Positions 17,741 to 26,096 of a stretch of 64,000 bases of DNA are shown here, piece after piece. Source of the stretch: an uncultured Alphaproteobacteria bacterium. Its GTDB lineage: Bacteria; Pseudomonadota; Alphaproteobacteria; RF32; CAG-239. The translations under genes and the position numbers were made by a program. Numbering within the stretch: the stretch's first letter is position 1; each line of letters opens with the position of its first letter. The notes below the pieces were generated by a model. It saw nothing but the letters and a program-made list of their open reading frames with translations. It ran no database searches and was not told the origin of the DNA. Location of the stretch: assembly GCA_944391695.1 (NCBI GenBank), contig CALXUO010000049.1, positions 127 to 64,126 of the forward strand, read 5' to 3'.

Positions 17741-20700
17741 TTAAAATAATGCCGGTATGCTGCTATCTGCATTGTTTGATGCTGAAGATTCCGATGAAGT
17801 GCTGCCTGCGGCCGGAATACTACCCGATGCCGGAGGAGGCGGGGGAACTATAGTATTGGTTGTCTTTTTTGGCGCCGTATCAACAATTAAAGGCGTTGTG
17901 CCAGAACTTGCTGCCTCTACTTTTACTTCATCCGGATCATATACGACTTGGCCTCCTGATGCTTTGGCTACATCTTCTCGTTTACGCTTATCAATCTCTT
18001 GTCCCGTTTTAACATCGTCTATAAATACCTCAGGTTTTTGGAATTTTTGAGATTCTTCACTATCCCGTTCAACGCTTCTTAACCACAAATCAACATTGGG
18101 ATAAACTATAATTCTAGTTCCGGCCGGAACATAGGTCATCGCCTTGACATCCGTCTTATCGGCTAAAATATCATCAAATAAACTTTCCATATCATCTAGG
18201 AAATTTTGTCGGGCGTCACTTGCCGCTTGTTGCTTTGATGTTTCAACTTCGCCGGCAGCATCATCGGCTGAAGCTATAAAATATGACGCCCCAGACGTTA
18301 ATACGGTTGTTACAACTGGCAAAGTATATTTCTTAAACAACTGCTGATCTACATAACCCAACGCTCCGGCTCTGCCTTGCGCATCTGCTGTTTGTCCGCT
18401 AAAGACAAAAATTGATCCATCTGGACGAATTAAACGCTCCCAAGTGATTTGAACGCGCGCCGATTCCGATGTCGCTTCCGCCGCTGCCGTAATACTGCCA
18501 AAAGTCCCTATCATTCGCGAACCTGCCGGAATAATCACATTACGCCCTTCTTCGGCATAAACATTTCGCTCGACGTAGGCAGTAATAGGTGCTGGATTAT
18601 TGGTATCTATTGCGCGGGCTATAACTGCAGGTATAGGTTTATCAGAGAAAATCATCTCGCTCATATCTACTCGCCATGATGAAATTGACTTCGGTATCCC
18701 TTGCTCCGACCAATCCTTTTGATAACCGTCAAACGCTTCTTTACGATAACCTGAGCTAATCTTTCCGACACTAATATTTTGCCGGCGCTCAAGCATGGCT
18801 GCATTTAAGGCGGCTTGACGTGTCGGATCATATCTTTCTCCAGGTCCATATCCGCCGCCGGGTCCCAAATTACCCGCCGGTCCGTTACCTACTCCATAAG
18901 CTCCACCGGGACCAAATGTTCCTGCCGGAATAAATACATCCTTCCCTTTTGAACCATCTGCTCTTTTTGACTTTCCTGAGTCTCCATAACTAAAATCTTC
19001 TGTGCCAATTACGTTGCCGTCATCATCTATAATCATGCCATCAGACATGCGATATCCTACTATATTGCCGTCTTTATCTATAACCACGTCATTTTCTAAA
19101 ATATCACCCAAATATTCTCCATCCGGTGTCAATGCTATACCTAAAGATTTATAATACTTTGAGCCTTCTAATAACTTTAGCGATGATGAAGCACCATCTT
19201 TTGTGCTGGGCCGGCTTTTGGTTGTTGACATAACTGAGCTTTTGGCAAACCAATTTTTATCTCTGCCCCCAATTATGTTGCCCTTGGAATCTACTAGCTC
19301 TCCTTTTTCGTTAAGACTACCAATAATTTTTCCCTGAGCATCAACAACATTACCTTCCCTATCAACATAGCCTATAATGTTACCATCTTTGTCATATATA
19401 TTGTCTTTGCCGCTGGTAGCACCATCCACCCGACCTATTATGTTACCATTGGCATCAATAAAATTCCCATTCTCATCTATACGCCCAATTATATTTCCGT
19501 TGGCGTCTATAATATTACCGTTTTCATCTACTCGGCCTATAATATTGCCATTGGCGTCAAGAAAGTTTCCATTTTCATCTATATAGCCTATGAGATTGCC
19601 GTTAGCATCATAGATGGCTTTTAAATTTTTATCCAATAGCGGAGAACCTTTGGGCGCAACACGCCCTATGATATTGCCATTAGCATCAATAAAATTCCCA
19701 TTCTCATCTATGCGGCCTATTATATTTCCGTTGGCGTCTATAATATTACCGTTTTCATCTACCCTACCTATGATGTTGCCATTGAGATCAAGAAAATTTC
19801 CGTCTTCATCTATATAGCCTATGAGATTGCCATTGGCATCATAGACTGCCCTTAAGTTTTTATCCGCCAAAGGAGAGCCTTTCTTGGCTACTCTCCCTAT
19901 TATGTTGCCGTTAAGATCGACTATGTTACCATTTTCGTCGATACGCCCGATTATATTACCGTTAGCGTCTACAATATTGCCGTTTTCATCCAAAAACCCT
20001 ATAAAATTGCCATTTTCATCAAAAATCATTTGACGCTTTAGCTGTGGTGACGATAAAGAACTGTAATATTGCAACGGTGTAGCCGTTGCTATAACTTCAG
20101 AATTGGCATTGAGTATCCTACCGGTAGCGCTGTCTAATGTCCCTACAACATTATTAAGATTGTCTAAAACTTTGCCGTCCAGTTTAAGTTGCCCTATCAC
20201 TAGTTTTGAGGCATCTCTTATGTTATAATCTCGATTGCCTCGGGCAACTACCTTCCCGCCTTTTATAACAAAACCTCTTTCAAAATCACCTAAATTTTGA
20301 TTGGTAAAACTTGAAACCTCTCCGTTACGATTTATGATACCGACAACTTTGCCGTCGTTGTCATAAACATAAAAATCATACAAAGCATATCCAATCTTTT
20401 GTTTGGATGATACAACATACCCATCAAAGTCAACTTGACCAATTTCTTTATGTTGACTATCTAAAACGCGCCCTTCTTTTGAAACATAGCCCATAAATTT
20501 GTTTTCAAGATCAAACGCTACTTTGTATTTCAACAAACTCCCCAGCGGTATACCGGAATTTGAATTTATATTGTCATTGGGTTGTTGATAGCCAATCAGC
20601 TTAGAGTTGATATCAACAACCAACCCGTTAACCACACTATAACCTATTATATTGCCATCGAAATCTATTGCCGCCTCGTATTCTATCGCTTTACCAATAA

Positions 20701-22786
20701 GTGCTTTATCTGCATTGCGCAATTGACCTTGTTTGTCTATACAACCTATTGTTTCTCCTCGTTCATTGCTTACTTTTCCGCTGTAATCTATGAAACCTAT
20801 TATCCTGCCGTTAAAATCTATTACCGGCGTCTTTTTTGCTTTATAGCCTAATAAAGACCCGCTGTCGCTGATGACATTTCCGTTTGCAAGAACTTTGCCG
20901 ATATATACACCGCGATAATTGTAAACCCCTCCGTTTGACGCTACCACTCCGACATTTTCACATTTGTCGTCTATAACACCCCCGTAGCTTGCCAGATATC
21001 CCATGATAATGCCTGAATTATCAAAAACATAACCTCTTTCCGCAACTTGACCGATTTTGGCTCCGCTTGAGTTGTTGACATTTCCTAATACATCGGCATA
21101 GCCTAAAAAATTACCTGAAAAATCCAATGCAATTATCTCTGAATAGGCCTCTCCTACTTTGGGAACATAATTTAAATTGCCAGAACTTATCTCGCTGACG
21201 CTGCCATCCGGCAAAATTTTGGCTACAGCATTAAATGACTTATTTAGCAATATGTTTTCTTCACTTACGCTCCCGATTTGCTCCCCTTTGGCATTAACTG
21301 CAAAAAATTCCGAAATATTTTTAGAAACCATTTGATTTTGGGAATTAAGAACATACCCCTCACCAACAACTCTTCCAAATTCCTCCCCTTTGGATGTTAC
21401 GGCTGAACCATTAAGACCTTGATATGCCGCCACACTACCAAATGGTGTATAGAAAGTGCTTAAATTGAGAGCTCGCCCTTCTATAGTACCTGATTGCCCA
21501 AAAACATACCCTTGTGGTGAAACAGATAACTTATTGCCCTTGTTATCTATGCTCGTATTTATACCGCTAACACCTAAAAATGCGCCGTCATTAGAAAAAA
21601 TAACCTTGGTATCCAATATCTTCCCTATTGAAATCCCTGAAAGATTATAGGCTATCTCTCCTATCATATAGCCAATCGTAGTGCCGCTTAAAGATATTAC
21701 CGATCCATTACTTAAGGCGTGACCTTTAAGCTCTCCTTTGTAGTCAAAAACAGGCCCGGTTTTTATCAAGTTGCCTATTATTTCTCCTGAGGCGTTGCTC
21801 ACTTGTCCTCGCGCACCCAAAATGCCGTTAGAACTGGTCCCTTTGGCTATTTCTCCTTCCGGAAGAAGACGCCCAAAATACCGTCCGGTTAAATCCGTTG
21901 CCGTCGAAGAGAAGTCTACTGTATAGCCTATTATGGCGTCGCTTATGTCAATTACTCTCCCATCGGCCCTTATCTTGCCAACGACTTTATTATTATTGAT
22001 GACCTCTCCGTTATAGCTGACAACGCCAAGATAAAATCCTTTATTATCAAACGCATAACCACTAACAACTATTTTGCCAATAATCGCTCCATTGCCATCA
22101 TAAACAAATCCGTTGGCTTTGATTTGACCTATGACTTTAGAATCAAAGTCCGTAACCTGGCCACCGGGAACAACACTACCTATAAATTCGCCGCTTAATG
22201 ATACAACCATCTTGGAAGAAATCAGACGTCCATCCAACAAATAATCACTGCCTATTTTCCTGTAGGCATAGCCATCCGGCGTTACAATTCCTATCTCTTG
22301 TCCACCCAAATTGGTGTACAAACCATCGCCGGTAACACGTCCAGCGATTTTTCCTTCATCATTATAGACTAGCCCCGGAAATATTACCTGCCCTAAAACA
22401 TCAAAATATTCATTAACAACTAACCCATTAGGCAAAGCCCGCCCTAAAACTTGCCCCGCAGCACTTAAAATAGAACCATCGCTGCTGACTTTACCCAAAA
22501 GACGCGCATCATTGCCTATGGCAACGCCCTGCGGCACAACGCCTCCAATAATTTCACCATCTGTATTAATTATAAGACTGTCTGCTGTAACGTTGCCTAA
22601 CAATTTATTATCAAAGCTTACGACCTTGCCGTCAGGTATTACTTTACCCAACGGCTCTCCATTGAAATTAATTGCCGTAATTTCTTGGGCATTGGCAAAA
22701 ACACTTGTAAACAACAACGCCAAAATAACCAGCATAATGTTGTTTAATAAAGAAAAATATTTTTTACAAGCCCTATATAAGCCCAT
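17741..22786 (-). CDS. virB10: giant VirB10 homolog: N-terminal TM anchor, a repeat array of about 1150 aa, a G/P-rich linker, and a VirB10 C-terminal barrel domain
   Basis: 1681 aa. The C-terminus 'ARVQITWERLIRPDGSIFVFSGQTADAQGRAGALGYVDQQLFKKY' and 'VIIPAGSRMIGTFGS' are VirB10/TrbI-like. The N-terminal anchor is 'MLVILALLFTSVFANA'. The body is a degenerate module of about 10 aa (for example 'DANGNIIGRIDENGNIVDLNGNIIGRV'). The linker reads 'GPGGAYGVGNGPAGNLGPGGGYGPG'. The gene lies between virB9 and virB11. Confidence 0.85.
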   Translation of the reverse strand: MGLYRACKKYFSLLNNIMLVILALLFTSVFANAQEITAINFNGEPLGKVIPDGKVVSFDNKLLGNVTADSLIINTDGEIIGGVVPQGVAIGNDARLLGKVSSDGSILSAAGQVLGRALPNGLVVNEYFDVLGQVIFPGLVYNDEGKIAGRVTGDGLYTNLGGQEIGIVTPDGYAYRKIGSDYLLDGRLISSKMVVSLSGEFIGSVVPGGQVTDFDSKVIGQIKANGFVYDGNGAIIGKIVVSGYAFDNKGFYLGVVSYNGEVINNNKVVGKIRADGRVIDISDAIIGYTVDFSSTATDLTGRYFGRLLPEGEIAKGTSSNGILGARGQVSNASGEIIGNLIKTGPVFDYKGELKGHALSNGSVISLSGTTIGYMIGEIAYNLSGISIGKILDTKVIFSNDGAFLGVSGINTSIDNKGNKLSVSPQGYVFGQSGTIEGRALNLSTFYTPFGSVAAYQGLNGSAVTSKGEEFGRVVGEGYVLNSQNQMVSKNISEFFAVNAKGEQIGSVSEENILLNKSFNAVAKILPDGSVSEISSGNLNYVPKVGEAYSEIIALDFSGNFLGYADVLGNVNNSSGAKIGQVAERGYVFDNSGIIMGYLASYGGVIDDKCENVGVVASNGGVYNYRGVYIGKVLANGNVISDSGSLLGYKAKKTPVIDFNGRIIGFIDYSGKVSNERGETIGCIDKQGQLRNADKALIGKAIEYEAAIDFDGNIIGYSVVNGLVVDINSKLIGYQQPNDNINSNSGIPLGSLLKYKVAFDLENKFMGYVSKEGRVLDSQHKEIGQVDFDGYVVSSKQKIGYALYDFYVYDNDGKVVGIINRNGEVSSFTNQNLGDFERGFVIKGGKVVARGNRDYNIRDASKLVIGQLKLDGKVLDNLNNVVGTLDSATGRILNANSEVIATATPLQYYSSLSSPQLKRQMIFDENGNFIGFLDENGNIVDANGNIIGRIDENGNIVDLNGNIIGRVAKKGSPLADKNLRAVYDANGNLIGYIDEDGNFLDLNGNIIGRVDENGNIIDANGNIIGRIDENGNFIDANGNIIGRVAPKGSPLLDKNLKAIYDANGNLIGYIDENGNFLDANGNIIGRVDENGNIIDANGNIIGRIDENGNFIDANGNIIGRVDGATSGKDNIYDKDGNIIGYVDREGNVVDAQGKIIGSLNEKGELVDSKGNIIGGRDKNWFAKSSVMSTTKSRPSTKDGASSSLKLLEGSKYYKSLGIALTPDGEYLGDILENDVVIDKDGNIVGYRMSDGMIIDDDGNVIGTEDFSYGDSGKSKRADGSKGKDVFIPAGTFGPGGAYGVGNGPAGNLGPGGGYGPGERYDPTRQAALNAAMLERRQNISVGKISSGYRKEAFDGYQKDWSEQGIPKSISSWRVDMSEMIFSDKPIPAVIARAIDTNNPAPITAYVERNVYAEEGRNVIIPAGSRMIGTFGSITAAAEATSESARVQITWERLIRPDGSIFVFSGQTADAQGRAGALGYVDQQLFKKYTLPVVTTVLTSGASYFIASADDAAGEVETSKQQAASDARQNFLDDMESLFDDILADKTDVKAMTYVPAGTRIIVYPNVDLWLRSVERDSEESQKFQKPEVFIDDVKTGQEIDKRKREDVAKASGGQVVYDPDEVKVEAASSGTTPLIVDTAPKKTTNTIVPPPPPASGSIPAAGSTSSESSASNNADSSIPALF
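19400..20030 (-). repeat. in-frame tandem repeat of about 231 bp (77 aa), about 2.7 copies, inside virB10
   Basis: 'atatagcctatgagattgcc' occurs at 19581 and 19812, an offset of 231. The flanking sequence aligns with few mismatches (not tallied). The protein units read 'YDANGNLIGYIDE[DN]GNFLD...GRVAPKGSPLLDKNLKAI'. Confidence 0.8.
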
Positions 22787-22788
22787 CT

Positions 22789-25700
22789 CTAATTCCTTTT
22801 GTTTTTGGCTACTTCGCCCAAAACATAACCTGAAACATTCTTATCCAAATCAATAAATGACCCATTGTTCTTAATGTAGCCAATATTCTCTCCTTGGGAA
22901 TTAATAACCGTTCCGTCTTGAGACAGCCTTCCTAAATACTGCCCGTCATTGCCCAAAACAGTAGCCCCTATTTTATAGACCTTGCCTAAAATACGGTTGT
23001 TTAAGTCTATTGCCAAGCCTCCGGATAATGTCTTGCCTATTATACTAGCATCTTTGCCTATAATTTTACCATCAAAATCTACATAACCCACAACTTTATC
23101 ATCGTTGGATATAATTATATCCCCAAAGACAACCTCTCCTATAAGCTTACCACTTATGCTCATCACATTGCCGTCTGATAAAACTTTGCCTAATGCTACA
23201 CCTGACATATCAGAAACAATACCGTCCGGAGCTACCGCCCCTATAACATTGCCTCCAAAATCTATAACAAACCCAGGATATAGTAAACTTAAATTCTTAT
23301 CACTGCTGCCGCCGGGAAGAACCGCTGTAATAATGTTGCCGTTTAGATCTATAACATCTCCCAATGAGTTCAAAAGCCCTTTATAGTTTCCCATGGCATC
23401 TACCATTATGCCCTCGGGGATTACTTCACCTATAATTTCGTCATCGCTGTTGACAACTTTTTTATCATGCGTTACCGAACCGATATTTTGTCCATCCAGA
23501 TTAATAACCCGACCATCAGATACCGCATATCCTAAGTATGATCCGTCATAACCTATGGCCGCTCCTCTGGCCACTATTCCGCCTTGATACTCACCCTTGA
23601 AATTAAAAAATTCACCTTTGGCATTGACCTTTCCCAACGTATCACCATAGCGACTAAATACCATGCCGTCTTCAACCGCCACTCCGACAACATCTCCTTT
23701 AAGGTTTATCACTTCTCCTACCGGAGAAAGAGCTCCATATATGTTGTTATATGCGCCAAATCCGCCATTCTTGATTAGTCCTTGAGATACGCCTTTATTA
23801 TCATAAATCTGACCATCGGGGAATAAACGCCCAATTAAATTACCTGATGAGCCTACAATTGCGGTTTTTGCCGGTACAGCGCTTCCGAGTATTCGATTTT
23901 TCTCGCCTAAAACCAAGTTGCTAGCAGAAAGTGTGGCTGACGGTTTTCCATAAATCCTAACTTGTGCTTTGTTATCAACCCGATTAATATATTCTCCAAC
24001 AGAAGTATAAGCATATCGCTCACCCAATACTCTGCCAATGTATGCTCCTTTGCTGTTAAATACATCGCCTAACAAACCAACACATCCAACCGGAAGCTTG
24101 GCGTCATTTACCACAACATTGTTAGCATTAACTTCTCCGAGATATTCGCCAGAAAGTCCCACCGCTGCTCCGGTTTTGCCTACAGCTCCTATAAAATTCC
24201 CTTTTTCATCTAAGACACTTCCGTCTGGGTTAACACAACCGATGTAACGGTTGTTTATATCTTTTACAATACCTGAATTGTCAACAATTCCTAAAAAATT
24301 ACAATCATTATCAAATACTCGTCCGACTTTTAGGGTTTCTCCCAAATATGTACCTTCAGAATTTATAACCGTACCCTCTGGAGTTATTTTATAGTTGGTT
24401 TCCTCATTGCCTTTTTTTATCTTTCCGTCTTTGTCAAGATAGCCTATTTGATTGCAGCCGTATCCTATAATGCTGCCAGCTCTTACCATCTTGGCAATCA
24501 CTTTTGATCCGTTGGCATCTTTAACCAATCCGTTGGGCAAAGCTCGGCCGACCACCTGTTTCTTATCATTTTCTATTGAGCCATCATTTTGCAACTCGCC
24601 TAAAAGCGTGCCTTGCGGAGTGATTGCTATTTTTTCAAAACTAACTAATTTACCGATGATGTTTCCGTCCTCATCAAAAAGTACTTCCTCCCCGACATAA
24701 CCTATAACATTTCCATTCAAATCAACCACTGTGCCATCAGGCAACATTTTGCCTATAATGTTACCGTTGGCATCTAACAGGTTGCCGTTTTCATCAACAT
24801 ACCCTATGATATTGCCGTATTTATCGTAAGCTACTCTGAGTTTCTTACCTTCAAGCGGAGAGTTTTTGGTTATAACGTTGCCGTTTTCATCAACATGGCC
24901 TATGATATTACCATCAGCATCAACAACACTGCCGTCCGGCAATACCACACCTAAAACTTTGCCGTTCTCATCCACCGCTACACGCCCCGGCTTGGTTACC
25001 GATCCAATAACGTTACCATTTAAATCTACAACTGTGCCATCAGGCAAAACTCTACCTATAACATTTCCATTTAAATCTACAACTGTGCCATCGGGTAAAA
25101 CACGCCCAATAATATTGCCGTTTTCATCATAAACAAATCCGGTTTCAACTGCCCGCCCAATAGGCTTTCCGTCCAAATCTACAACCGTGCCGTCAGGTAA
25201 CATTCGTCCAATGATATTGCCATCTAAATCTACAACCGTACCATCAGGATTAACATATCCTATCAAGTTTCCAAATTCATCATAAACCGCACGGCGATTC
25301 TCGGCAACCCCCATCACATTTCCGTCTTTATCCAAAATTAGGCCATCAGGACTTACTCGGCCTATGATGTTTCCATTGGCATCTCTTGCATATCCATCCT
25401 CATCTATAATTCCTATAGTCTTCCCATCAGGACCTATAGCATAACGTGTTGCTTTGTGTTGCCCTCCGGAATCGCCGGGTGAAACAGGTTCGCAGTAATT
25501 ACAATCTTCTTTGGTTACTGCCGAACCTGTAACCGGAACCTTGGCCGCCTTAACACTTTCTTTGCCCAAATTAAGTTCATGCCAAGATACTATGAAGTTA
25601 TTTTGCACATTGCCCGCAACAACCGGAGTCCAACTCATTGTAATATGGCAGGTTTCATCTCCGGTTAGTGTCCTACTTGTGCAATTATCATTATATGTAA

Positions 25701-26088
25701 ATCCTGCCGCAGGAGGATCTGCCAACTCAACCGAAACTATTTTGATAGACGCTTTGCCGTTGGTTCCCAATGTTAAAACATTTTTTGCCTCTGTACCTAA
25801 AACAACCTCTCCCATCGGAACAGGATCCGGTGTGGTCGTAAGCGGTATTTCACCCTCTACGGTAGAAAATTCTATACTTTGCGTTGTTGTCGTTGTCGGA
25901 ATATCGCCAAAAACATCCGCATTATCGGTAAATATCGGCTCTTCATATTCCTCAACATCATTTCCACTTTTGATAAGCAAAATTAAACCGAAAATAAAAA
26001 TAAACAACGAGGAAAGACCAATCATCAAAATGATGTTATTGGTCTTTTTTACGTATTTTTCGGAATGTGTTAACGGCTCTTTGCTCAT
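22789..26088 (-). CDS. membrane-anchored repeat protein that shares the VirB10 repeat module but has no VirB10 barrel
   Basis: 1099 aa with TM helix 'IILMIGLSSLFIFIFGLILLI'. A beta-rich segment 'KASIKIVSVELADPPAAGFTYNDNCTSRTLTGDETCHITMSWTP' looks Ig/PapD-like. About 850 aa of 'PDGTVVDLNGNVIGRVL'-type repeats follow. It is inserted between virB9 and virB10, with a stop-to-start gap of 2 nt. Confidence 0.7.
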   Translation of the reverse strand: MSKEPLTHSEKYVKKTNNIILMIGLSSLFIFIFGLILLIKSGNDVEEYEEPIFTDNADVFGDIPTTTTTQSIEFSTVEGEIPLTTTPDPVPMGEVVLGTEAKNVLTLGTNGKASIKIVSVELADPPAAGFTYNDNCTSRTLTGDETCHITMSWTPVVAGNVQNNFIVSWHELNLGKESVKAAKVPVTGSAVTKEDCNYCEPVSPGDSGGQHKATRYAIGPDGKTIGIIDEDGYARDANGNIIGRVSPDGLILDKDGNVMGVAENRRAVYDEFGNLIGYVNPDGTVVDLDGNIIGRMLPDGTVVDLDGKPIGRAVETGFVYDENGNIIGRVLPDGTVVDLNGNVIGRVLPDGTVVDLNGNVIGSVTKPGRVAVDENGKVLGVVLPDGSVVDADGNIIGHVDENGNVITKNSPLEGKKLRVAYDKYGNIIGYVDENGNLLDANGNIIGKMLPDGTVVDLNGNVIGYVGEEVLFDEDGNIIGKLVSFEKIAITPQGTLLGELQNDGSIENDKKQVVGRALPNGLVKDANGSKVIAKMVRAGSIIGYGCNQIGYLDKDGKIKKGNEETNYKITPEGTVINSEGTYLGETLKVGRVFDNDCNFLGIVDNSGIVKDINNRYIGCVNPDGSVLDEKGNFIGAVGKTGAAVGLSGEYLGEVNANNVVVNDAKLPVGCVGLLGDVFNSKGAYIGRVLGERYAYTSVGEYINRVDNKAQVRIYGKPSATLSASNLVLGEKNRILGSAVPAKTAIVGSSGNLIGRLFPDGQIYDNKGVSQGLIKNGGFGAYNNIYGALSPVGEVINLKGDVVGVAVEDGMVFSRYGDTLGKVNAKGEFFNFKGEYQGGIVARGAAIGYDGSYLGYAVSDGRVINLDGQNIGSVTHDKKVVNSDDEIIGEVIPEGIMVDAMGNYKGLLNSLGDVIDLNGNIITAVLPGGSSDKNLSLLYPGFVIDFGGNVIGAVAPDGIVSDMSGVALGKVLSDGNVMSISGKLIGEVVFGDIIISNDDKVVGYVDFDGKIIGKDASIIGKTLSGGLAIDLNNRILGKVYKIGATVLGNDGQYLGRLSQDGTVINSQGENIGYIKNNGSFIDLDKNVSGYVLGEVAKNKRN

Positions 26089-26096
26089 CTTGATTT

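Noticed and set aside
22784-22791. The possibility that the 1099-aa repeat protein and VirB10 are one giant gene split by a nonsense mutation
   Set aside because: The two reading frames differ: TAG, then 2 nt, then ATG. The VirB10 ORF begins with its own hydrophobic anchor ('MLVILALLFTSVFANA'), and the upstream ORF has its own N-terminal TM helix. I treat them as two genes, but read-level verification would still be worthwhile.
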